From Carpediemonas membranifera BICM (Eukaryota > Protista > Fornicata): 64,000 bases of DNA. Below the pieces are notes generated by a model that was not told where the DNA came from, did no database searches, and saw nothing but the letters and a program-made list of their open reading frames with translations. The position numbers and the translations under genes are program-made. This document shows, one piece after another, positions 51,745-62,000 of this stretch. Each line of letters begins with the position of its first letter. Position 1 is the stretch's first letter. The stretch spans positions 257,072 through 321,071 of the forward strand of contig JAHDYR010000011.1 of NCBI GenBank assembly GCA_019828565.1, read 5' to 3'.

Positions 51745-51843
51745 ATAGGCGTCTAAAGGAGTTGTTTATTGCGTCTGTCTCGGCCTTCTAGTTTGCCTAC
51801 GAGGGCGGATGCGAAGTCAGCTTGCGAACCCAACCAAAACACA

Positions 51844-52155
51844 ATGCAGCAACCGAAAGAAGAGCATCTGACAGAGCAGGAGATCAAGCACCGCATGCAG
51901 CCCGAGCCTGGCATCGACCCCGACGTTTTACGCCAACACGGCCTTCGTGAAAGCACCATCTACTCGCACCATCTTGATAGCCCCTCCGCTTTCGAAGGCC
52001 ACAAGGCACTCGACAGTGAGTATGCCTGGGGCGCTGAGGCAGTTGGCAAGAACTGGCACGGGCAGGAGAGCCACGTGTTCAAGCGGAGACGGCGGAGCTC
52101 GACGGTGGAGGTGCCCGAGGGCGAGGAAACCGACAGGAGATCAAGCCTGCCTTGA
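51844..52155 (+). CDS. Small hydrophilic hypothetical protein
   Basis: 103-aa ATG-initiated ORF with coding-like composition, filling the gap between PDI and PRCP. Confidence 0.45.
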   Translation: MQQPKEEHLTEQEIKHRMQPEPGIDPDVLRQHGLRESTIYSHHLDSPSAFEGHKALDSEYAWGAEAVGKNWHGQESHVFKRRRRSSTVEVPEGEETDRRSSLP

Positions 52156-52219
52156 GAAGTAAACTGACTCATTTACCATGGTTACGCTCGTAAGAGCCGT
52201 AGTTGTCGTATTTACGTGT

Positions 52220-53642
52220 TTACCATTCGGCGATCCACTTCTTCATGTATTTGAGCTGATCTGCCCGAATCTCCACGACGCTAGCCGGGTCAGCTGGGTT
52301 GCTGTCTCTCAGGTCAAGATGGTGCGCCCCACCTTCAACCACAGACACAATAACACTATCCCGCACTTCTTCGGGAATATCGCTCTCGGCAAGGCACCCA
52401 GCGGCCCAGGGGTCAAGGGACCCGCGGGCCAGGTAAATATTAGTCCCATCGATTCTACGGCCGCCATACTCGTGGATAACCTGGTATGGACGGGGCGTCA
52501 TGTCATAATGGGCCTTGCAGTTGGCAATGTAGGCGTCAAGGTCCCACTCCGTCTTAGGGAAGAGGGCGCCATCGCTGACGATGGGGAAGACCATCTCGTT
52601 GCACGTGTGGACGGGCCAGACGTTGTCGGGTGTCACTGTGACGATGCCAGAGACTGGGGCGTAGTCGGAGATGTCAAGGCACGTGGCAGAGCCGTCGTAG
52701 TTGTAGAAAAGGTTGATCACCTCGTAAACTGCGTCAATGGCGTTCGACTCAGCTGCCGCGGCCTCTGCCCGCTTGCACGCGGCCTCGTTGGGCTTGGCGG
52801 GGAGGGGGGTGAGGAAGGCTGTGGGGTAGGGGTAAGAGACCATGGCGAGGCTACCCATGGTGTCCTCAATGAGCGAGGGGAGCGTGTCAGCCGACTTGAG
52901 CGGCGTGCATGTCTTGAAAATGGATGAGAGCTCGGCAAGACCCGCGGCAGTCTGGCCCTTGGAGGCAATGGCGTTGATACCCTGCTTGAGCAGAGGAGCA
53001 CAGGTGAAGTCGTTCTCTACGATCTTGTTGTACCCATTGGGGTCAGAAATGCCGTCGAACAGGGCAACAGGAGCAGACGATGCGATGGCACCGGCGATAA
53101 CGTGGGGATACTTCGTCCGCATCCAGGCAGCGAGCATACCGCCGTAGGAGCCGCCGAATGCGATCACAGGGACGTCGTGGGTGGGGTGGGTGGCCTTCCA
53201 GTGGTCGAGGAACTTGGCATAGTCCATAAGAGCTTGCTCAGAGGAGAGCCAGGCAAAGTTGTGGATGTCCTTGAAGGTCCTAGCGCCGAAAGGGAGGCTG
53301 GAACCGTAGTATCTGTGCTCAGCGATGATTACAAGGGCTGAGAGCTCCTGGGCGTGCTCGAAGATGGCACCGGTGTTCTCCCAGTAGACTTCTATGGGAC
53401 TCTCGTTGCCTGTGCTGTGTAAGAACGGCGGAGAACGGGGATAAACCATACTAGAAGAGGATAGCCTCGGGCTTGTTGTTCTTGACATAGCCGTCGTACA
53501 CAAAGTAGCGAATGTTCATCGTTCTCGTGTCGAAGAGAGCGAAGTTGTCGAGCATGGTGGTGAACGTGCCCTTCTCAGTTGGTTCGGGGATGGTGAAAGC
53601 AAGCGTGGTCAGAACAAGCAGGAATACCACAGCAAGCTTCAT
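52220..53642 (-). CDS. PRCP: Lysosomal Pro-X carboxypeptidase/DPP7 (peptidase S28); intron 53415-53451
   Basis: Signal peptide; ILFY|TGNE after splicing; AEHRYYGSSLPFG, SSEQALMDYA, FGGSYGGMLAAWMRTKYP and GGAHHLDLR. Confidence 0.95.
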
Positions 53643-53693
53643 TGGCGATGCTTTTGGTGCAGTTTAGGGATTCAATCGTGTGGGAATCGTTTG

Positions 53694-54210
53694 ACCCCAT
53701 GCCGCGCGGGGCGCGGCTGGCTTACGTGTTACTGAGGAGTGTATGTAAAAAGTTTAGGGATTCCAGATCCTCAAGCGTCAGAATGAGGCCGTGGACGGCA
53801 AGTGGGCGCCGGCCCGAGACCGCATGCTGGGAGACATCGCAGCGTCTCTCATCCGGGACAACTCCACCATATTAAACTGTAGTAGAGTGTGTGTTGGTGG
53901 GTACCTTTTGGCATAGGTGGTTAAGTCTGTCTGTCCGTAGAGCTACGCAACGTCTACCGGTGTCAGGTGGGGGCTGCTTCGGCGGCCATCTTACCAGGCA
54001 ATGAGCCACCCCATGCCGCACGGGGCGCGGTTTTGCTGCTGTTTACGAGAGCGCGTAAAAATTGAGTTCAGGGATATTCCGGTGTGGCGACATAAACTGA
54101 GCTATCAATGGGCCGCTGTTAACACCGCCAGGCGGCAACGGTGGATATGACCCAGTACATTTCAGCTACTCTGACCATGACATAGAACTCACCATGGCGC
54201 GAGGGGCGCG
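53694..54210 (+). repeat. Three copies of a GC-rich intergenic motif CCATG(C/G)CGC..GGGGCGCG
   Basis: 53694-53716 and 54008-54030 match at 22/23; a degenerate third copy is at 54192-54210. AGTTTAGGGATTC also occurs twice (53661 and ~53751). Confidence 0.75.
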
Positions 54211-54446
54211 AGGAAACTGGATGCAGTCAGAATCTCAAACTGTTTAGACCATCTTTCACCACCACGGGTCTAACCCTCTCAGTAACTAACTAACCAAACT
54301 TGTAAGCTTTCGTAGCCCAAACTGCCCGCACTTTAAGGGAACTGACAGCGAAGCGTGTCAAACTGCTGATGACGCGCCATGTTTGTCAATGACGCACATG
54401 TCAGACTCTATAGAGTCATGAAATCTCGAAAGGTTCCACTTCTCCG

Positions 54447-57400
54447 ATGAAACGACCAATAGTCTTCCTTTTGGTCCTTTTATCGCTTTTGGCCGCTGTT
54501 ATGGCGGCCGAAAGCTGCTCAAGCTTCTCTCCTCATCATTGTACAACCTCTAGAGGTTGCTCATGGTGCGCTTCTGAGAACCAGTGTTTCCTGATCGGCG
54601 CCGACTGTCCCGTCTTGATCGAGTGCGCCTCCTGCACGCTCGACGGCGACTACTACTGCACCACCGATACGGACGCCTTCTGCACCTCCCGCGCCGGCTG
54701 CGACGCTCTTCGCGCTGATGTCAAGTCGTGCGACCTCCACGCCAACACGGCGACCTGCACCCAATGTCTCGACATCCCCAACGCCGTCTGGTGCCCCGCC
54801 CCCGAGCCTTTCTGCTTCTCCAAGCTGGACAAGGCTGCCGCCCAGACCTGCAAGCAGCTAACTGGCTCCTCTGCCACCATCTCCGACCCTCCTGCATGCG
54901 CTATAGCCTCTGAGACCTGCAGCACCTGCCTCCTTAACGACGGGGTATGGTGCGATGTCATCAACAGCTGCATCTCCGCCACCGACTCTGACTCGTGCTC
55001 CCTATGCGAGGCCAAAGGCGGCGTCTGCCGTGCTGAGACATGCGAGGTCCAGCCGACCTCTTCATCCTACACGATGAACGCCACAGCCTTGGACGCCCCA
55101 GGTGTCATTAGCGTTCAGTCCGTGGACCGTCTTGGGGAGTGCGTCGATTGCATCGTGAAGGGCCTCACCTGGTGCCTGTTTCCCGGTGTGACGACCGACC
55201 GGTGTCTTGCTGATGACAGCACTTGTACGACAGCAGGCGGGTATGTGATCGAATCTTGCAACATTCCCGCTTATAGTTGCTATGAATGCGTCATTTTGGA
55301 TTCGCCACACATCTGGTGTCCTGAAAACGCTGTCGAGCAGCAGTGCGTACCAGCACCTGTGGGGTGCGACGGAGGCGCGACTTACTGGAGTGTCACCCCA
55401 GAACAATGCCAGTGCATTGAATGCGTCACCAGTGAGTACTCAAACCTGGCTGCGTACTGCGTTGGCGACAGGCTTGGCTGCTACGATGACCCTTTCGAGT
55501 GTCAGCTTCCTCTCACGTCGCCCGTCACTCCCCAAATGTGCATGACTCCGTGCACCCAGTGTCTTGCTGGCAGCAACCTTGTTTGTGTTTCTCCGACCAA
55601 CGATCCATATTGTGTCGCTGATTCTACTGCCGGTGCCGCCCGCTGCTCGTCTCATGGAGGAGTTCTGGTCGACAATTGCGACGAAAACTGCGAAACTTGT
55701 ACCACAAACGAGCGCGCATGGTGCATTAGAGCCGACGATCCCGACTTCCAGTACTGCGCACAGAGTTGTGAAGATGGCGATATCGTTGTCAACGCTGGCA
55801 GCTGCGCGTTCATTGACCACGACGAGTGCGGCACTTGCACCAATGACGGCGGCGAGTGGTGTGTATCCACCGGCCTCTGCATGGACTCCGAGGCCACGGA
55901 GACTACGTGCCCCGAAGATCCTGTAACCTTCCCTTGCGAGTGCCTCGGCGGGTGCGTGGAAGGCCCCGTTGAGGACAAAAGCTGCGTCTGGTGCGTCTTC
56001 GCCGATGACAACCTCAACCATTACACCGAGACGGAGGTAGACTGTCTGACCGAAGGCGGATATGCTGCCAAGTCATGCGGCTGCGGTCTCGAATGTCAGT
56101 CTGCAGGCGGCATATGCTGCGTCTCTTGCGAGGGCGAGGACATTTGCGTCTCTCCCGGCGATTCTGACCGCTGCATTCTGGACGACATGGTTCCCATTGG
56201 CTCTCTTGGCCTCTACTCTGCCATCCCATGCCTTGAGTGCCTCTGTGCAGACGACGAAGTCTACTGCCCGGACGCGCTGATGTGTGTCGAGGGAGACTTC
56301 TGCGACGCTGGGTCCACCGTTGCTCAGAAGAAGGACTGCTTCACATGCGAGCAGTGTGTCCTGCTCAACGAGTACACGCCCGCTCGATTCTGCGCTGAGA
56401 GCTTCAGCAATGTCGGCTGCGTCACGAACCAGTGGCCTTCCGACTCTGAGGCTTGCAACGAGGTCTTCTGCGAGGTCACCTGCGAGACCTGCGTCGACGA
56501 GGATCACGTGTGGTGCACTGACCCTGATAGGGGCAGCTCGCTGTGCACCACCGCTGACGCATGCTCGAGCTTAGGAGGCATCGCCAGCTCCATTCTCGAT
56601 GACTGCAACCCCTCATGCTGCGAAGAGTGCGCCGATGACGAGACCTGCGAGTGCGAGTGCGTCCCCATTTGCCCCTACGACCAGTGTGACGAGTGCATAG
56701 CAGACCCCCTCTGCTCCTGGTGCGGCGCCGAGGTCACCGGCGTGCCCGGCCAGTGCATCCCAGACACACTCGCGGATACGTGCAACGAGACGCTGTACAC
56801 TGAGATCTGCCCCACCACTGGCGTCATATGCGACATCCAGGAGGACTGCCCCGCTTGCACCGAGGGCGGCTGCGAGTGGTGCGTGGCCGACTGCCTCTGC
56901 TCTGAGGAGGGCGCCTGCTCCATCCCGGGCACGGTCGTCACGGACCCCGCGGAGTGCGACCCCGAGATCGACCTCGACGCCGTCTGTGGCGGCCTCACTG
57001 AGCTCGAGATGCTCCGCGACGTCTTCTACCCATCCCTGAACGGCGACCAGTGGTCCGACAACAGCCTGTGGGGCATCGGCGAGACCCCCTGCGCCTGGCA
57101 TGGCGTCAGCTGCAGCGGCGGCCACGTTATTGCCATCGAGCTGAGCGACAACAACCTCAGCGGCGCCATTCCCCCGCAGATCGCGTGCCTCGAGTACCTC
57201 AAGACCCTCGACCTCTCCCACAACAGCATCGGCGGCATCATCCCGCCCGAGCTGACGGCCATGACGAACCTCAAGTACCTCTTCCTCAACGACAACCAGC
57301 TCCGCGGCCCGCTGCCGTCGTTTGATCTCTGGACTGCCCTGCAGTACGCCTACTTCGAGGAGAACTGCCTCTGCGGCCCCATCCCGGATATGGGCGCGAT

Positions 57401-57632
57401 GGTGGCCCTCCGTGAGATCCACTTCTCCAGCAACCGCCTCTCTGGCCCCTTCCCAGAGGACGTCCTGACCCTCCTCCCCAACAACGCTGGACAGAACCCG
57501 CTGTTTGAGATCCGTAACGCCTGCAACTACGTCACCGAGCCCTACTCAGGCTTCTGGGACGAGCTGTCGACCAAGCTGCTCGAACTTGTCCTCGACGAGG
57601 ATGAGTGCACATATTGCAGCGCTGAGATCTGA
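54447..57632 (+). CDS. Secreted Cys-rich (CxxC/PSI-like repeats) protein with a C-terminal plant-type LRR domain
   Basis: Signal peptide; many CxxC...WC repeats; LRRNT PCAWHGVSC; LSDNNLSGAIP and LSHNSIGGIIP. No TM segment seen. Confidence 0.88.
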   Translation: MKRPIVFLLVLLSLLAAVMAAESCSSFSPHHCTTSRGCSWCASENQCFLIGADCPVLIECASCTLDGDYYCTTDTDAFCTSRAGCDALRADVKSCDLHANTATCTQCLDIPNAVWCPAPEPFCFSKLDKAAAQTCKQLTGSSATISDPPACAIASETCSTCLLNDGVWCDVINSCISATDSDSCSLCEAKGGVCRAETCEVQPTSSSYTMNATALDAPGVISVQSVDRLGECVDCIVKGLTWCLFPGVTTDRCLADDSTCTTAGGYVIESCNIPAYSCYECVILDSPHIWCPENAVEQQCVPAPVGCDGGATYWSVTPEQCQCIECVTSEYSNLAAYCVGDRLGCYDDPFECQLPLTSPVTPQMCMTPCTQCLAGSNLVCVSPTNDPYCVADSTAGAARCSSHGGVLVDNCDENCETCTTNERAWCIRADDPDFQYCAQSCEDGDIVVNAGSCAFIDHDECGTCTNDGGEWCVSTGLCMDSEATETTCPEDPVTFPCECLGGCVEGPVEDKSCVWCVFADDNLNHYTETEVDCLTEGGYAAKSCGCGLECQSAGGICCVSCEGEDICVSPGDSDRCILDDMVPIGSLGLYSAIPCLECLCADDEVYCPDALMCVEGDFCDAGSTVAQKKDCFTCEQCVLLNEYTPARFCAESFSNVGCVTNQWPSDSEACNEVFCEVTCETCVDEDHVWCTDPDRGSSLCTTADACSSLGGIASSILDDCNPSCCEECADDETCECECVPICPYDQCDECIADPLCSWCGAEVTGVPGQCIPDTLADTCNETLYTEICPTTGVICDIQEDCPACTEGGCEWCVADCLCSEEGACSIPGTVVTDPAECDPEIDLDAVCGGLTELEMLRDVFYPSLNGDQWSDNSLWGIGETPCAWHGVSCSGGHVIAIELSDNNLSGAIPPQIACLEYLKTLDLSHNSIGGIIPPELTAMTNLKYLFLNDNQLRGPLPSFDLWTALQYAYFEENCLCGPIPDMGAMVALREIHFSSNRLSGPFPEDVLTLLPNNAGQNPLFEIRNACNYVTEPYSGFWDELSTKLLELVLDEDECTYCSAEI

Positions 57633-57850
57633 TAAATGACCCGTGCTGATCGAGGATAGCACGCGATGTGTCCATTTGGAGCACAGTGGCTGCAATACTG
57701 CTCAAACAGGCCTCGGGGGCCGACTGGTCGAGTTGGCCTGATAGGGGACGGCCGAATTTTGATGAGTTAAGTCAATGTGTACTTTGGACTCAATTATTCT
57801 AGTCCTGCGTGGCACATCTGATGGTCGGTGGTAACATCGGTGGGCCAAGT

Positions 57851-57942
57851 CCTCATTGCACAATAAAGAAGAAGAAATTTGCGTGTGTCTGGTATCAGGC
57901 CCCGGTTACTTGGGCTGCTTTCCCACCTCATTGCACAATAAA
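57851..57942 (+). repeat. 17-bp direct repeat CCTCATTGCACAATAAA x2
   Basis: Exact copies at 57851-57867 and 57926-57942. Confidence 0.9.
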
Positions 57943-58087
57943 TGCTCCCAGTAACTATTTCTGAGGGCGGCCAGAGCGGTGGGCGAGATGCCACTCAGCC
58001 AGTCCTCTCATCCACTGACAAAATAGTAGCCAAGAGGAGCAAGCCAAACATCTTTCTGAAAGATTTATGAATTTAATCACTTACTGC

Positions 58088-59050
58088 TTAATCTACATGG
58101 CCTGTTGGGGCCAGCCACTCCGCTGGGAGGATCTCGTCCCACGGCAACAAACTCGTTGTCGCGGTCCGCCCCTCCCCCGAGGTGATGATGGGGTATTGGT
58201 GAAGGCGGCGGTTGTTAGCTCGCCGCACTGCCGTCAGGCTGCTGGCACTCCACTCGACCAGGGTCTTGACAAGCGCCCGTCGTGCCTCCTGGATGGTAAA
58301 TAATGGTGACCGAGAGTGAGTCGACAGAAAGATGCCTGTTGTGGACTACCTGGGCGGATGCATCAATGCTACATCCGTCAGGCGTTACACAAACTATAGC
58401 TGGTTCGACGTCATAGTCAGCATACTGCTGCTTCTTCCGATGTATCAAGTCCTGGTTATCACCTTTGGCAACGGTGAATTCAATGACGAGCGGCTTCAGG
58501 GTCTCGAATCAGGATATCTGCCTTCCTTCTAATGACGTTACGGCCCCTTGGCATCGTTTCCGGTGGCGTTCCTCCCCGATCCACGATCCGTTTCCACTCG
58601 CGGAGGTACTGGATCAGCTCCTGAGCGGCCTGTGGCTTAAGGTAGCCGTAGTCCAGCGGGACCTCGGGCTTTGCGTGGGGTGTAACTCGTCTAATGAGCT
58701 CTAGCACAGCATGTTGGATGCCCCGGTGTCTAATCACCAGTGACCTGCCTCGTGTCACCTCTAGACCCCACGTGTTGGAGTAGCATACCATCATGTGGCA
58801 GAACCAATCCCTGCCCGCGTTCACATGGGCGTTGCCGAAGGGGCACCTGTGTTCCGCTCGCCCCCCGACACTTCGGGCCATCGGGTCTGGGAGTCCGGCC
58901 ATGTATGGGGCCCCTGCCGACAGCCTCAGCGCAGTAGTCACGCACAGTGCCGCGCGGGGGTCTTCCTCTGGGGTGAAAGACAGCCCAGCTCTGATGAGCT
59001 CATCCATGGGGTGTGGTCCGGTCAATGAGGCCCTCCATGCATACAGTAGG
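58088..59050 (-). mobile_element. Degenerate, 5'-truncated RLE-type non-LTR retrotransposon (CRE-like) remnant
   Basis: Motif order TALRLSAG, decayed zinc knuckle (CPFG...HMMVC), RH (RHRGIQ), RKADIL, then after a frameshift at ~58509 VIEFTV...RKKQQY. This is the PD-(D/E)xK restriction-like endonuclease layout. No RT domain present. Confidence 0.65.
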
Positions 59051-59094
59051 TCCAAATAAAAATAATTTATCATTGGACATTTAACGACATAATT

Positions 59095-62000
59095 CTACAG
59101 ATCGGCCATCTCAGCCACTGACCATGTCTTGCTGTTTCTCTCACTCGATGCCCTCAGCGCGTGCCCATAGTACCTGGCGTGGCACACCAGACACATGAGG
59201 ACCTCAGACCGCCACCTCGCCTTGTTATCAGCGTACAACGAGGCCTTGAACGTTGCCGCATGCACGCCGCAGACATGGCAGGCGAGCACTGGCATCTCGA
59301 CCTGATTCTCTTCATCAGAAGGCGCATGGTTGGGTAAGTGGGTCTCACAGACCATCCCCCACTCGTTTCTAGAGTGGTGGAAGTTGCCGTTGGGCACGAT
59401 GAACAGGCTCTTGTGCAGGCCTGGGCAGTCGGCGCAAACCATGGTGTGTATGATGGTCTCCCCCACCTCGGGCTCAATATCATGCTTGCTAAATATGGGG
59501 CAACCATAAATGCACTTCCGGCAGTAGTATTTGACCCGTATCCAGTCTGGCATGCCTGACATCGCCCGCTTGATTGTGACATGACCGTAATGGGCCAGCT
59601 CGCCGCTTCCACTTCCACAGGAGCAACACTCTGGCTCGAACGAGGGGGCGCTGGGAGCAGTGAAGACCCGACCCCAATTGATCTCGGCGTTGATGTCACG
59701 GACGGTGCGGGTCGGGAAAGATGTGTCGCGCGCGCTTTCATTGAACACAGAGACGTGGTTGTCGAGTATGTGTGTCAGATTGGTTCTGGCCGAAGCAGAG
59801 TGTTTGAACAGCCTGTCGCCGACTGGGAAGACATCAGTTACAGCATAAGTGCGGTGGGCGTTATCTTCCACAGCCGAGGGCATCGCTTCTTCTTTCGCAT
59901 GCCGCAGTTTAATGCGGTAGAGGCGACGGAGAGCGAGGTCGGCCAGGCGGTTGGGTATCGTGTGAATCTTGGCCACAAAGAGAAGGCGGAGGCAGCCGCA
60001 GCAGGCAGCGCTCACTACACCCACGCCGAGCAGACCCACGGCCATTACGGAGCATACAACGAGCACGGCGACCCAGGCGAAAATAGGCTCGTCCGCTGCA
60101 TCCGCCACAGTGGCATCCTGGAGGTAGTAAAGACCGTAAACCTTGTCACTGGCGCCGTATGTTGGGTGGACGCACCAGGCACGTACCATGCCGTAAAGGA
60201 CATCAATGGTTGCCTCCGTGTCTGCCTGATGTCTCACCCCTTCCTCCTCGAGAACGAGCGTGGTGACTGGCTTCTCGATATATTCATACATGAGGTCTGA
60301 AGCGAGCGGGCACTTGATAGAGACCTTTCTAGTGTCTGAATTCGTCGCTGAAGTTGGATAAATGACCGGTGTCTTCATCTTTTGGATGACTGAGAAGCTA
60401 GCAGTAGCCTGACCTGATTGGAGTCGGCCAGCGGCAGAGACTGTGGCGGTGGCGGTGACGTTGCCCGACAGCCCAGCGAGGCTGACAGAAGCCGTGTCGG
60501 ATGAGGTGAAGTCGAGCTCGAGATACTTCCAGCCGACCGTGACCGCGACCTTGGCGTCAGCGCAGTCGACGCATGTCACCTCGAGCATGTCCGTGGAAAG
60601 CGTCTCGTTCGCAACAGTGATCGACGGAGGGTCGAGCGCGGCAAGGAGAGGCTCACACATACCGACCGCGCTCTTCGCAAGGCCGACCTCGCATGAACAT
60701 TGGCTGGCCGAAGTCTGCGGGGCGGAGGCTCTGCTCGAACCTGAGGGGCAAGAGACGCAGGTGAAATGGGGAGCCGAAAAGGCAGAGAGATCGGAGTACA
60801 CGTGGCTTTGAATCGCCCGCATCGTGGAGGTTGAAGTGAAGTCGAAGGGGACCAGGCTGACCGTTTCGCCGTTGGTTGTCATCGTGACCGAGGGCACCTC
60901 TGTGGTTGAGTCAAATCCGACTGTGACATTCGTGACCGGTGTGTCCGACAGATAGCTGAGGGTGACGTTGTTGGTCCCAGCAGGCAAGACAATGGCGTTG
61001 CTGGTTGAGAGATATGCGAGCTTCCCCTTGTTGATTCCGGTAAAAAGGCCGAGGCAGCTGATGTCGGTGCTTGTCGTGCATGTAGCTGGCACCTTGTTGG
61101 ACAGATCCGTGCTAAATACTCCCATTGCCGCCAATGTCTGAGCGACAGTCGACTCGACGGTCAGAGTCAGTGATGTAAGAACGACAGCCTTGATCTCGGA
61201 AGCCCCACACATGCAGTAGGTCCCACCGATCACGCCGGAGCTGCAGGTTTCCGGAAGTCCGGAATATTGATCTGTCACAGTTGCTACAGTCGAACCAGAC
61301 CCGGTTGGATAAGTGTCAACTCCGAAATCTTCGGGGAAAACAGCTCTGGTTGTGACCACGAGGTCTGTGACAAGTCCACTGACTCTAGATGCAGTCCAAC
61401 CGCTCGACTGTGACACATCGAAGACACCAGTCGTGTTGACAGGCATGGCGAGTGGCCCATCAGCGCCCAGGCCGACGAGGACACCGTGTTCGTGAAGTAG
61501 TGCCAGATCATACAACATCGGGGGGAGCACAGTCGAGCCGATATACTCACCATCGATTGTAAATGCGATGCGGGTCGACCCGGCGGTGAGGGTGACACCA
61601 ATCATCTGATTAGCAGACACTGTAAAGGACGAGGAGGCGTAGTCAGTGAGTGATGCCGAGGGAACCCAGGCATGCAGCTGGCAGAGACGGTCCGTGCACT
61701 TTAGGGAGACCGAGATCAGGCCATATATCTCGAATATCGACATAGGATCTGAGGTGATCTTGGTCGAGTCGATCTTGACCGCGATCCCAAGAACGTCAGT
61801 CTCAAGTGCTGTTAGGACGGTGTTGCCGTCGAGCCTCACACCCCGCTCGTATCTTGCGGTCGGCGTGGATCCTACAAAGAGCGTGGACGCGACATCCTCG
61901 TCAGCCGGAGTTGTCAAGGCCACCACAACCCCAGAGTCTGAGTCAACCTGAGTCCCGGCTGGCGGGTCGACGCAAGTGAGAGCTCCGCCGCCCAGGCTGA

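Noticed and set aside
30384-53642. MACPF, subtilisin and PRCP as an operon-like prey-digestion cluster
   Set aside because: The genes are about 7-10 kb apart, on mixed strands and separated by unrelated housekeeping genes; there is no sequence evidence of co-regulation.
53661-53763. TTTAGGG copies as telomeric repeats
   Set aside because: Isolated single units, not tandem arrays.
30468-57422. Numerous long antisense ORFs (e.g. 30468-31433, 35332-36303, 41121-41819, 52178-52927, 56613-57422)
   Set aside because: They overlap well-supported genes whose GC3-rich codons suppress antisense stops, and they show no motifs.
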